Assembly: GCA_951406725.2 (NCBI GenBank)
Contig: OX597832.1
Span: 60,140,001-60,204,000, forward strand
Direction of reading: 5' to 3'
Source of the DNA: Octopus vulgaris
Taxonomy: Eukaryota
Length of the DNA: 64,000 nt
Below the pieces are notes generated by a model. The model was given only the letters and a program-made list of their open reading frames with translations, did not search any database and had not been told where the DNA came from. Position numbers and translations under genes: made by a program. Positions 1 to 14,631 of the stretch are shown here, one piece after another (position 1 is the first letter of the stretch; every line of letters begins with the position of its first letter).

Positions 1-73
1 AGAGAGAGTGAGAGAGAGAGAGATCGTTTTTGGATGTTTGCAAGATTCTTTATGTGAGTTCGTGTGTTGAGGC

Positions 74-330
74 ATATTCTGTTGCGTCTGGGCAGAGTCA
101 TTCTCTTTTAGTGCCTTATAATTTAACACACTCACCGTAAAATTTCCACTTATTTCTTTTCTATTTTTCTAAAATTGTCAATAGCTTTGACTCAAAAGTA
201 TTGAAAAGGTTGCAAGACGCAACGAAAATTTAGAAAAATAAAGACGGAAATGAGTGGAAATTTCACCGGTGAGTGTGTTAAATTATAAGGCCCTAAAAGA
301 GAATGACTCTCCCCAGGCACAAGAGTATAT
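74..330 (+). mobile_element. Foldback element (imperfect arms ~74-175 / ~224-330) with HHR-like centre; Penelope-like pseudo-LTR remnant
   Basis: agagtcattctcttttagtgccttataatttaacacactcaccg is reverse-complemented in cggtgagtgtgttaaattataaggccctaaaagagaatgactct; centre TTGAAAA-G-GTTGC-aagac-GCAAC-GAAA; abuts (TA/CA)n. Confidence 0.6.
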
Positions 331-696
331 ACATATACGTACATACACACACACACACATATATATATATATACACATACACACATATATATATATATAT
401 ATATTTCTGTATTTATATATATATATATATATATATATAAAAGCATATACATATGTATATATATATATACATATACACACACGCGCACACCCACGCATAT
501 ACACACCTATACATATATAGGGGCACTACCTCATACATATGTATTTATGCTGTTCAGCGGTGGTAATTAATTTGTCCGATTCCAATGACTTAACCTGGCT
601 GAGTATCTCGCACATATACACTTATATACGCATATAAACACAGACGCATTCAATGTGAAACTCATATGCACTCGGAGAAACATATAGATACATACA

Positions 697-945
697 TCAC
701 CGCTGGTCACAATGCGCTTCGTATCGTTTTAGCATTCGAATGACGCCACCGTGCAGGCCAGACGGGCAGGCAAACATTTTCCCCCGATTGGAAAAGTGTT
801 TGGTCAGAGGGTTAGCACCCATTGACAGCAGAGTGGACTGGTGCCACGTGAAATGAAGGGTTTTGCTCAAGTACACAACCCTAACCCTAACCCACGGTCT
901 CGCGATCGTGAGTGCGATAACCTAAACACTAGGACTCGCGCCTTC
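697..945 (-). mobile_element. tRNA-derived SINE, family C (V-domain-like), degenerate
   Basis: Similar to 38209-38510 (acatc(a)ccgctggtc.caatgcgcttc.gtatcgtttt.gcattcgaatga.gcca; gtggactgg.gc.ac.tgaaatgaag.gttttgct). Confidence 0.6.
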
Positions 946-1784
946 ACACATACATTCGTTCATACATACATGCTTACATACATTATGCATAAGAATACAT
1001 ACATAGAACAAAACACAAATTCGCAGGTGTATACACTGTGGGAATTCCACTGAAGAAGCCTTGGATCTAGGTTAGAAACCAGCTCTTTCTCTATTGGCAA
1101 GAGATCTTGAAATAGAACTGAATAATGACATACATACATACATACATACATACATACATACATACATACATACATACATACATGCATACATACATGCATA
1201 TACTTATACACATACCCACACATACAAAGCTGAGTCACTCCGAGTGCTAACAGTAATATATCTCAACAGCGGATTGACAGTTGATTATAGACGGGAGACA
1301 ATGACACGGGGGTGACATACGCAAGTATAACCCATAGCTAAGTCCTGACTATCAACCTTGATATAGTCACCGCCACAGAGTAGTTAATTAATTAAGATTC
1401 CACCTGGAATAAGGAGGAAGAAACAAATTTACAAACATAATTAGTTCTACACGTCAACAGATTTCATTATTAAAACTCTACGACAAAAACAAAATAACTC
1501 AAGAGCGACAATTAATGTTTGTAAAACAGACGAGAATGTATCGGTGGTAATTTGATAATTGTATTTCCTCTCTGTATTATTTTCTTGAACCTAACACATT
1601 GTTCTTTTATTCCAGCCCCGTTATTCAACCTCTCAATAGTACAGTCAGGCAGTTAGTGTATTGCGGTCGCGTTAAAAAAAACAAATGGTGTCAGAGACAA
1701 AAGAATACTTCGTCTCTATGAAGTACGACCCTTATTGACAGCGGCCATATTAATTCTTTTGTTGAGTCCTTTGTGCGTGCGTGC

Positions 1785-2233
<449 letters not shown>

Positions 2234-2501
2234 TTAAATTACGTTGTGTTTTTTGTTGCATTGATTTTGATTGTCTGAATTCGCGATGGGGCTAGAGTTG
2301 GTACTGGGCTAAGAGTGGGGCTGTCCGGGTGGTGTGGGTTGGGGGTATGTGATGGGTAAAGCTCTATTCATATCAGGCAGTATCCCCTTCACCTACTTCT
2401 GTACATAGTGACACTTCAGTCCATATATTCCAGATACGCGTACTAAATGTACATTGTATATATGCATATATGTATGTAAATGTATATATAATTTAAATAT
2501 T

Positions 2502-2541
<40 letters not shown>

Positions 2542-2679
2542 CGTGTGTGTGTGTATATATATACATATATTTGTACGTAATATATTATACATACGTATGT
2601 GTATAACGTGTCTTTATATATATATATATAAAACAAGTATATGTATATATAAATATATATATATACATATATATATACA

Positions 2680-2749
<70 letters not shown>

Positions 2750-2829
2750 TACATATGCATATATAAATAATTAAACTCTGAGACATGCACCAAAGCTATT
2801 CCTCTCTATTATGAAACACAAAATCATAT

Positions 2830-2925
<96 letters not shown>

Positions 2926-3317
2926 ATATATTTATGTGTGTGTGACATAGCAAAGGCACCCATGCACAATATAATACCGAAAAGGAAAAATTCAGTTGTC
3001 CTTAATTCTGCCTAAGGGTGCAGGGTAGTACCTATATTGCTAGAAATGAGAGTTAAAAACCTTTAGAGCTGCAAGAAAGCACATTTTTATATTCTGACAG
3101 GGGAGATAACTGCCCCTCAGCGAGCGAGATCTTTATACTGGTCTAGTTTCCCTTGAAATTACAAGCTGGCTTGGCTTGGCTAAATGGTGATAGTCAGTAC
3201 ATATATTTGCCATACGAATCTATGGCTGACTCAGCAAAATGCTGTTGTAGAAATTGGAAGAAAATTATATATATATATATATACTACATACATACACACA
3301 CATATATATATATATAC

Positions 3318-3377
<60 letters not shown>

Positions 3378-3380
<3 letters not shown>

Positions 3381-3584
3381 GAGTAAACAAGAGACAGAAA
3401 CAGGCAGAAAGAAGGAGAATGCCACTTGCATTTGAATACCATGCAAATATTCTTTTAAGAAAACTTTCTTTTAATTTTTTTCAAAATTTAATTGTTTCCA
3501 TACTTACAGTTGAAAAATTATCAATGACTGAAACCGGAACTGAAATTTTTTTTATAAAATTACTTTAGCATTATCTACCTTTTT

Positions 3585-3587
<3 letters not shown>
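3378..3587 (+). mobile_element. (TA)n-flanked insert of the same family as 37610-37790, with decayed HHR-like core
   Basis: cagTTGAAAAattatcaatgactGAAAccggaactgaaat..ttttataaaatta.tttagcatt.tcta matches 37700-37770. Confidence 0.65.
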
Positions 3588-3625
<38 letters not shown>

Positions 3626-3770
3626 GTGGTAAGTAGCTTGCTAACCAGCCACATGGTTCCGGGTTCAGTCCCACTGCGTGGCATCTTGGGTAAGTGTCTT
3701 CTGCTATAGGCCCTGGGCCGACCAATGCCTTGTGAGTGGATTGGTAGACGGAAACTGAAAGAAGCCTGTC

Positions 3771-3842
<72 letters not shown>

Positions 3843-4045
3843 GTTTGTGTGTCTGTGTTTGTCCCCCTAGCGTTGCTTGACAACCGATGCTGGTGTGTTT
3901 ACGTCCCCGTCACTTAGCGGTTCGGCAAAAGAGAACGATAGAATAAGTACTGGGCTTACAAAGAATAAGTCCCGGGGTTGATTTGCTGGACTAAAGGCGG
4001 TGCTCCAGCATGGCCGCAGTCAAATGACTGAAACAAGTAAAAGAG
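3626..4045 (+). mobile_element. tRNA-derived SINE, family B (CORE-like segment, internal microsatellite)
   Basis: gtggtaag...ccgggttcagtccc (B-box-like), ggcatcttggg.aagtgtcttc, internal (TA)n, tail gactgaaacaagtaaaagag; multiple copies in window. Confidence 0.85.
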
Positions 4046-4055
4046 TATATATATA

Positions 4056-4291
4056 TTCTTTTATTCTTTTACTTGTCTCAGGGAATGGACTGCAGCCATG
4101 CTGGTACACCATCTTTAGTCGAACAAATCGTCTCCGGAAATTATTTTTTTGTAAGCCAAATACTTATTTTATCGATATCTTTTGCCGAACCGCTAAGTTA
4201 AGGGAACGTAAACACACTAACATCGGTTGTCAAGCGATGGTGAGGGACAAACACAAATGCATACGCACACACACAAATACATACACACACG

Positions 4292-4342
<51 letters not shown>

Positions 4343-4480
4343 CAATATACGACAGGCTTCTTTCAGTTTCCATCTACCAAATCCACTCACAAGGCATTGC
4401 TCGGCCCGAGGCTATGGTAGAAAACACTTGCCGAAGGTGCTACGCAGTGGGACTGAACGTGGAACCACACAGCCACTTCT
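4056..4480 (-). mobile_element. SINE family B, inverted tail-to-tail with the previous copy
   Basis: Reverse complement of the family B consensus with internal (CA)(TA) tract. Confidence 0.85.
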
Positions 4481-4498
4481 GCGCCTTATATACATATA

Positions 4499-4568
<70 letters not shown>

Positions 4569-5595
4569 TGTGTATTGACGAGTTCTGCGCATAAAAACAT
4601 TGGTTGCCTTGTTAACTCACAAATAAGGAATATTCCTGCACCAATGCGTTGTTGATAACTTATTCTCATTGTTTGGCTTAAGCGTATGTAAAACATAACT
4701 CCATCTTTTCGTACAAAGGCAAAAGATGATCCACCGCATCATCATGTATAGTATTTCAAAAATCAGAATATTTACTAGTCTATAACGAAGTTCATCCCCG
4801 CGATCACTGCTCGTTTAAATTGATGTTGTGTCTGCAGTTGTCTACAGAATAACGTATATATTAAAATGACAGTCAGAGCTAATCTCAGTATGACGACACG
4901 AGAAACTTTACTAAATTGCTAATTTTCACATAGCTTTTAGACTCGATTGAATATAAGCAGCCGAGCAATCGGGAGCCTGTTGATAGTGATCATGAATGGA
5001 AGACTAGTCGGAAATCAGAAAAGTAATTTGAGAGGTTTTCGTTGTATAATACCATTTTTATGATTTACAATCGACAAGGATATGAAACTTTCCAGTAACG
5101 AAATTATGTAAACTAGAAGTGTACACAACTACACAACTACGCAACTACGCAATCACATAGTTACATATATATCATCTTTATATCTATTTATCTGCCAATC
5201 TATCGCTCTGATTGCTATCTATCTATCCTTCTATCTACCTACATTTCTTTCTTTTTATCTCTTTATCTGTCTAACTGTCTGTCTATCTACATGCATGCAT
5301 GTATGTATATCTATTCGTATAGACATAAACTCATATGTGTATGTGTGTGTGTGTGTGTGTGTGTAAATCAGTTACCTATATATCATCTTTCTGTCTTTTT
5401 AGCTATCTATCTATCGATCATCTATCTATCAATTTATCTATTTATCCATCTACCTGCCTATCCATCTATATATCTATCTATCTATCTGTCTATCTCTCTA
5501 TCTATCTATCTATCCATCCATCTATATATCCATATATTTATCAGTCTATCTATCTACCTATCTATTTATCTATCTATCTGTCTCTCTGTCTGTCC

Positions 5596-5668
<73 letters not shown>

Positions 5669-5704
5669 AACAGACATATATGTATGTTTATATGTATGTG
5701 TATC

Positions 5705-5749
<45 letters not shown>

Positions 5750-6585
5750 ATACATTCCTATAAAATAACTGAAATAAGATAGATCCATAGAATGCTTATA
5801 TAGGAAGACAGTTAATGTTATAACCAGAAAAATGGACGGACAGAGAAAAAGAGACAGACATACAGACTCATAGGTTGGTAGGTAGGTAGGTAGGTAGGTA
5901 GGTAGGTAGGTAGGTAGATATGCGTCTCCATGTTAGTACGCATAGATTATATCTGCTCGTATTCATGTATGGCCGTATGCGAATGAACGGGAATATATGT
6001 GTGTGTATGTGTGTGGGTGTGTGGGTGTGTGTTTGTGTCTGTATGTGTTATTACACATACAGACACAAACACATATTGATAGATGTGCACGTATACTTTT
6101 GCGTGTGTGTGTGTGCGTGCGTACACTTATGCGTATATACCAATGCGTGTGTGACTGCCATAGGTAATGTCTTGTGGCATTGTTATCATAACTTAACCAT
6201 TTTACAAACTATTTCTGCTGTCAGAGATATCTCACTCGGATGACATTTGCCGTGTAACCTGCACCGAACTTTCTCTGACATATTCAAATGTTGCTAAAAT
6301 TGTCAAGTAAATATACAAATCTCTCGCCCACTTCTTGCTCACTCTCTCGCTCCCAACCTCTCTTTCTATCTCTCTCTCTCTCTCTCTCTCACTCACTCCC
6401 TAACTCTCTCTTTCTCTCTCTCTCTCTCTCAACTTTTTTTATTCAATCTCTTTCTTTTGTGTATCTCTGCTTTACTTTGTGTATGTGTGCGTGTGTTTTC
6501 TCATTTTTCTCCTTCTCTCTTTATATACCTACATACCTACATGCATACACACACACACACACAAAGTTTTTCCCTCGCTTTCTCT

Positions 6586-6619
<34 letters not shown>

Positions 6620-6651
6620 TGAGAGAGAGGGGGAGATAGAGAGAGAAAGTG

Positions 6652-6685
<34 letters not shown>

Positions 6686-6752
6686 CATTGAATGATGTAG
6701 ATAGGTATAGAGATTGATAGATAGACAGAGAGAGAGAGACATTGATAGATAG

Positions 6753-6785
<33 letters not shown>

Positions 6786-7078
6786 TATAATGTATGTGTG
6801 TGTTAATAATGCATATAAGGACAATTATTTTGTAGATAACATTTGTGTTGTGTGTGCGGATGTATTTGGCTAAATGAAAATAATTCCGTGATTTCAAGCT
6901 AACAAACGTTACAATCAGTGTAAATCACTCGAAATTGCAGTTGTAGCGTTCATTTTTTTCCCAAGTGGAGAGGAAGAAGCGGGGCTGCAATCCGGAATAC
7001 GCCCTACGTCACAAATTACTACATTCCTCTTAGTAATCACTCTCCAAAACATACTCTGTTCTTATTATAAATCTAGGT

Positions 7079-7125
7079 GGATATAGGCATAGATGAGTGT
7101 CTACCACTCATCTATGCCTATATCC
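7079..7125. repeat. Perfect 21-bp hairpin, 5-nt loop
   Basis: ggatataggcatagatgagtg-tctac-cactcatctatgcctatatcc. Confidence 0.9.
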
Positions 7126-7321
7126 GCTGTCATGTCTTCCCTTAATGTTATTTTCATATCGACTCAACGTGACACCAATACGTGACAATTAAAGATGCAA
7201 TAGGCGTAAATATATATACATATGATATATATATATATATATATATATATACATTCACATTCTCACAAATACATTCATACTCACACACATACACATACAC
7301 ACGCGCACATACACAAACATC

Positions 7322-7366
<45 letters not shown>

Positions 7367-7557
7367 AGTACATGTTTATATATCACTGTTTATCTATGGA
7401 CCTAGCCACGTACTTAAATATTTCATCTGTTTATTTATTCATACATATACACACGTACGCGCACGCACACACATACACACGCACCTTTGTATATGTATAT
7501 GTATATATATATGCATACATACACACTTACATACGTATGTATATCTGTATATATGTA

Positions 7558-7600
<43 letters not shown>

Positions 7601-8080
7601 ATATATATATATATATACATACATACATACATACATACATACATACATACATACATACATACATACACGTGTACATATAAATCTCTGTCCATATAATTTG
7701 ATCGATTCTCGATCAACTCATTTATTGATTAAGCTATTTATCAACCTATCATACAGCTAATCCTCTAATCTGTCCATATACTTTGTACATATCCAACATA
7801 TATGTACCCTTATCTCCATGTATCTGATACCCGCTTCCTACCCCTACAGTCCACCCTTTCTTCATTTTCCTGTCCTCATTTGTAATCTGTCAGGAGATAT
7901 GCAGGAGAAAATATTATGAACCTGTGGGTAGCAACAGAAATTATTGATTGGATATTGAACCACTTGATCCTCTCTTGACAAATAACCAAGTTGGTCTCCT
8001 TTGAGAGAGAGAAAAGCGTTACACAAGCAGAATCGGTGGAGCGTAGGTAAAAATACGTTGTGATGTTTCTTTACGTCTCT

Positions 8081-8290
8081 TAAGGCGACGAGCTTGACGG
8101 AATCGTTAGTATGACGGGCAAAATGCATTTCATCTGCCATCACGTTCCGAGTTCAAATTTCGCCGAGGTCGACTTAGCCTTCAGCTTTTCGGGGTCGATG
8201 AAATACGTACCAGTAGTATGCTAGGATCGATATAATCGACTTACACTCTTCTCTGAAATTGCTGCCCTCGCGCCAAAATGTGAAATCTAT
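8081..8290 (+). mobile_element. tRNA-derived SINE, family A (alternative tail)
   Basis: aaggcgacgagc...gagttcaaatt (B box)...gaggtcgac...cggggtcgat...gtaccag. Confidence 0.75.
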
Positions 8291-8786
8291 ATTACTTTTC
8301 GTCTCTTCACGATTTACGCTAAAATGCCGTCCAGATAAGCGCAAGGAAAGGTTGTTAGGGAAACTCCTGATAAAAAAAAACTCTGCCTAAATTTAAAATT
8401 CCAATAATTCTCATGTTATTACACCCAAAGCCCAAACCCGCGTACACCGATAGAAGTCAAGACAGCGCAGGACAGACAGCGCCACCAATATGTTTCTGGG
8501 ATATTACAGGCCTCCAATCAATTCAACCCAGCTGTCCTGGATACAGGAGGGTTTGAAAACGCAACACTGGATGGATATAGGGAGAGGGTGGTCGATTTCG
8601 CAACTCTCCGCATTGACCAAACGCACTAGAGAAAGGCCCCTCTTTTACAAACCTTGGAATATCCAAGATTCCAACGAAACCTTAACGATGACCATGACCA
8701 TGGCTATCTTGGAAGATCAGAGGATTAAGACAAAGTACGGACGGCGGAAGAGAGGAGAGAGAAACGTTCCTGCTGAGACGTACGTG

Positions 8787-9012
8787 GAGGTGGCAGAATC
8801 GTTAGGACGGTGGGCGAAATGCTTAGCGGTATTTCGTCTGCTGTTATGTTGTGAGTTCAAATCCCGCCGAGGTCGACTTTGCCTTTCATCCTTTCGGGGT
8901 CGATAAATTAAGTACCAGTTACGCACTGGGGTCGATGTAATCGACTTTTTACCTATGTCTGTCCTTGTTTGTCCCCTCTATGTTTAGCCCCTTGTGGGTA
9001 ATAAAGAAATAG
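8787..9012 (+). mobile_element. tRNA-derived SINE, family A (Tx1-like tail)
   Basis: A-box-like tggcagaatcgttagg, B box gagttcaaatcc, central gcctttcatcctttcggggtcgataaattaagtaccag, tail ...ttgtgggtaataaagaaata. Confidence 0.85.
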
Positions 9013-9398
9013 GTATGGAAAATCCTTGTTCTGACGGGTGGAGGCCGTTGAATTAGCGGCCAAAGTAACGCAATGGGTAGAGAATGTTTCTAGGTGTGAA
9101 GACGGCCTCTTTTATCTCTTACCTATAAATGAAATTTGAAGAAGAACATTCCTTATCTGGGTTGGGTAAATAGAGAAAATCATTTCACCGAGGCAGGTTT
9201 GTTTCTAACTTTCTAACACTGCTAATCCTCTGTGTGCGTGTGAGTGTGTGTGTGTGTGTGCGTTGCCTTGTCTGTATGATTCACTAAATATCTCGTATTT
9301 TAGTAAGCTTCCCTCATACACAGGAGCGGCTAAGATTGATATAAATAAACAAAAAAGTTGCTACACACAGAACCATATGTATATGGATATAAGTGTTT

Positions 9399-9535
<137 letters not shown>

Positions 9536-9897
9536 TGTAAGTATTTGCAATATATATTTTTATAACTAGAAAGTTATGTATGTATCTCGGTATGCGTATG
9601 TGTGTAGACATACATATACATGACTGCGTTTATGTTTTTTTATACAAGTTTTGGTGCTTGTGTGTCTATTTTTTTCTTTTTATCTCATGCCAAATGATGC
9701 GTCTAATTTCTTAAACTCTTCGGGTCCATCACTTCAGATAAGGAATTTGGATATTGTCTGGATCTTGTCTCCTTTCTTTGAGTGCGCTGTCACGTTGACT
9801 AATCGCCAATAATAGACACAAACGCACTCACACACGTAGAACACATTATATTATATATACATATACATACATACATACATATATATATGTATATATA

Positions 9898-9939
<42 letters not shown>

Positions 9940-10216
9940 TGTGTATCTGTGTGCACACATCTATACATACATATGCTTACACATATATACATATATGTGA
10001 ATGTGTATGTGTGTGTATGTATGTATGTATGTATGTATGTATGTATGTATGTATAAAGATATTTATCGCAGTTTCTGTAAGTAAATATAAAACAACAAAA
10101 GAGCACGAAAAAAAGGGCAAAACAAACAAAAAATGAAATTATAGAATGCGATTCTATATTTCCGACGATAACAAGTGTAAAGAGAAGCGAAGAGTGAATT
10201 GTGTGATAACAAAACA

Positions 10217-10314
<98 letters not shown>

Positions 10315-10969
10315 CAACAACAACAACAATAATAATAAGAAATAAGAAAAAACAAAGGGAAAAGGAAAACAACATTGGACCACTTAAGTTGAACGCGGGT
10401 GGCGTCCTACAAAATGGCGAAGAAACAATAAGAATAAGAATAATGATGATGATGATGATGATGATGATGAGAGTCAGGGAGAGAGATAAATGTAAGATTT
10501 GGTCGCGATATCTTTGTTGGTGTAGCGTCTATCTTTATAATAGAAAGATAGTCACCAATTAGCGATATGGTGACAAGATTTACGAGATTAAAATGAAAGA
10601 GGTGAGTTCTGTGATTTTTATTTATTTAATTATTTATTTATTCATATATTTATTTATCTATTTATTTATTTATCTATTTATTTATTTATCTATTTATTTA
10701 TTTATTTATTTATTTATTTATATATTTGTTTATGAAAGTGTCTCGTTGAACTTTGTTCGTATAAGATTCAAGAAAGAAGACAGTGGTGAATACTGAATCT
10801 TGTTAAAGGGCTTCTCCCACCTTAAACTAGATGGACAAATCAATGACTACCTCCTTCCCTGTGTGAGGTGACTGAATCTGCTAGAAAAAGCAGCCAATTA
10901 TCCATTGAACCCAACTCTATTGTTTTCAAGACGGAAAAGGCACATTGATATAGTTCGTCTTTAATCTTT

Positions 10970-11187
10970 TATTTTTGTATCGTTTGCTTGTTTCAGTCAT
11001 TAGACTGCAGCCCTCCTGGGGCACCGCTTTGAAGAATGTTTAGTCGAATGAATCGACCCCAGTACTTATTTTTTTGTTAAGGCTGGTACTTACTCTTTCA
11101 TTCATTTTTGCCTAACCGCTAAGTTACAGGGTCTTAAACACACCCACACCGGTCGTCAAGTGCTGATAGAGGTCAAACACAGACACA

Positions 11188-11190
<3 letters not shown>
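10970..11190 (-). mobile_element. SINE family B, 3' half
   Basis: ttgtttcagtcattagactgcagcc...tagtcgaatgaatcgaccccagtactt...aaccgctaagttac. Confidence 0.7.
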
Positions 11191-11230
<40 letters not shown>

Positions 11231-11289
11231 GTACGTATGTATGTATGTATGTATATATATGCATATATATATGTATATATATGCATAAA

Positions 11290-11372
<83 letters not shown>

Positions 11373-11481
11373 TGAGTGGACAAACGAAAGCACGAGGCAC
11401 TCAACACATTTAATAGGCGTTACATGTATTGTTTAAAACAGTTTGATTCGGTTCCTTGCTACATCAAGGTTCGCAGGCCCT

Positions 11482-11537
11482 CAACAGGAACCCGACTCTT
11501 TCAGGTTTCTAAGCTTGGCCTAGTCGTCAGGATGTTG
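11482..11537 (-). ncRNA. Near-intact type I hammerhead ribozyme candidate
   Basis: Minus strand CAACA-TC-CTGACGA-C-TAGGC-caa-GCTTA-GAAA-CCT-gaa-AG-A-GTC^GG-gttcc-TGTTG; canonical core, GUC triplet; in a ~330-nt insert between (TA)n and (GT)n. Confidence 0.55.
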
Positions 11538-11693
11538 CAAGATCGTAGTTTCAATACCAATCTGAGGGAATGAGTCAGCTAATGTACAGTAGAAACATTT
11601 GGTCACTATAAAACACAAAATAATTCGAGCAGGTTATAAAGTAGCAAATTGCACAACCGTCCTTCTTCTAAGGACTACGAAAGACTACTTCCA

Positions 11694-11802
<109 letters not shown>

Positions 11803-11981
11803 TTTATGTAGTTCTGTGGATTTTGCGTCAAGTAAATTTAAACCTCAATGCATTGGCCAAGTCGCAGTCATAACGGAAACACTTCTCCAAAGTAGCTGTG
11901 TTGAGAGACCAAACACGCAACCTACAAATATAGAAAATTGCAATGTCAATTAAAAATAAAGCTGTAATACGAGATATTGTT

Positions 11982-12041
<60 letters not shown>

Positions 12042-13494
12042 CATACATACATACATACATACATAAATACATACATACATACGTATATGTTCATATATAT
12101 ATATATAAATGTGAAGTCATGTACAGCTGAGTCAAAGTGTTATTAAAATGTGTTAAGACACTTTCTTCATTTGTTCATGTGTGTGTGTATCTGTGTGTGT
12201 ATGTGTGTGTGTGTGTGTGTGCGTGTGTGTGACTATAACCTACATACATATACATATAAATATATACGTACTTACATACCTGTACACGTGCATACAGAGC
12301 AGGAGAATGTAATGAAGCCGTCATAGAAATTATGTTATAGATAATGTACCATATAAATATTATTATATAAATGAAAGCTGTAAATATTATAACTATAGCT
12401 GGAACTGTTTATCTGTGTTGAAAAACACGGTAGAAGGAAAAAATAAATTAAGAAAATTAATTTACATAGATGTCGGTCTAAATTGGAACGTGTTTTAATT
12501 ATCACGAAATAACTTCAGCGAACAAAAAATTTATAATAATATAACTAATTAATATAACTAATTACTATTTTAATATCTTTGCCGCTAAACTGTGTTGATA
12601 TATTGATTATGTTAGAATATTCGCAATAGTTAAATATGAACACTATTCATTTTTTTTTTTTGATGATTCAAAATACTGCACTATTTATCAATAACAGTAT
12701 CAAATGGGACTCTTTAACAAATGAAAGGAAGGCAGTCACACACAAAGACAGGTTCTGTGGTTAATAAAGGGCACTGCGCATATACTTAGTTTGGCATTCG
12801 ATACCCTACATGGCATCTCAGACAAGTGGCATCTGTTGTATTCTCCAGTTGATGAATATCTTGTTGAGTTTTTTTTGTTTTTCCTTTAATAGAGCATACA
12901 CCCTGTTTCTATTGCGAATATTGCGAAACAACATGTATGTTGTGTGAATCTTACTTTAAACGTTCTACTTGTTATTCTGGTGTAGTTTTTATCAGTTTGA
13001 CAGTCGTGCACTACTATTTACATGTGTATTCCTTTCGTTTTCAGCAACCCAGGAGTTTGGTTGCTGAATCATGGTTTGATTCATTGCAAACATATTTCTT
13101 TTCCGATGTGGGGAGCCGCTTTCCTTACAGCTTTTACAAAATGGTAAACCTTTTACAGACGTGTGTGATTTGAACTTTCACCACATCTGTCACTACTGAT
13201 AGATAAATGGTAGGTTGAATCTGATGTTTCTTCTCTTGATTTTGTGTAGCTTAATGTATGTGACCAAATTTAGTGTACACACATGCATAGACACATGTAT
13301 ACATAGATTCATGCTTATATACATGCAACATATATACATACATTAATTACTCTGCTGATGTTATTTAAATTTCGACCGAAGGCGTATTAGTATGTATACA
13401 CAGACACAGACACAGACACACGCATATATATATATACACACACACTCACCCACACATACTTACATACATATATGCATGTATATACACACACACA

Positions 13495-13568
<74 letters not shown>

Positions 13569-13723
13569 AACATCTATATATATGTGTGCAGCCACATTTC
13601 TATAAATATAAGAGAATTTCGAAAAGTAAAACCATTAAAATTTGCATACATATATACATACACTCTACATGCATATATGTACACCAATGTCCACACATGC
13701 ACATATACTATTTTGTCCATCAA

Positions 13724-13769
<46 letters not shown>

Positions 13770-13824
13770 GATATAAATATATATGTATATATACACACAC
13801 ACACACATACACATACACACACAT

Positions 13825-13935
<111 letters not shown>

Positions 13936-14470
13936 CGTACATATGTATGATTTTGTATATCATTCTCTCTGCGATGAAAAACTAAATACTTTGAATGAAA
14001 AGAAATTTTGAAAAGAAGGGAAAAAAGGGATAATTTACAGATCACACTAACATCGGAAACACATTATTGCAAAAACAATTTTTGATAACTAAAATCTCAT
14101 TAAACACGTTTTAATTATTACGACCAAAAAAAAAAAAAAGCACAGCGAATTGAAAACTTTAAGCGTTTTTTTTTTTAAATTATCACCAAAGATTATTTTC
14201 AAAAAAATAACCCAGAAAATATTATAAGCAAACAAAATTTATAATGATATAATTAATTAGAATTTTAATATGTTTCGCCAGGTAATTAAGTTGACATTTT
14301 GATTCGGCTTGATTGTTTTTAATTGTATAAACGGTGACTCAATTTCGCGACTGGAGTCATCATAGTACGGCATCACGTTTGAAACATCAGCAAAATATTG
14401 AAGCATTTGTTATGAAGTGTCCAGGGATCAAGCCCCATATTCGGTAACAAAAGTACTTTTTGTATTTTAC

Positions 14471-14618
14471 ATGTGAGCAATTTGTGAGCATTAAGAGGAT
14501 ATTTTAACAAATACACTGTCAATGATATGTGTGCGCTTGTGTGTGTAATACACAAACACACACATATTGAGAGTGTTTGTGCTAAAATATCCCCTTAATG
14601 TTCACAAATTGCTCACAT
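14471..14618. repeat. Imperfect foldback (~65-bp arms)
   Basis: atgtgagcaatttgtgagcattaagaggatatttta vs taaaatatccccttaatgttcacaaattgctcacat; ORF track shows LKYPLN.HKLLT on both strands. Confidence 0.8.
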
Positions 14619-14631
14619 ATAATATATATAT

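Noticed and set aside
7890-8050. AG...GT-bounded exon candidate
   Set aside because: All three frames contain stops
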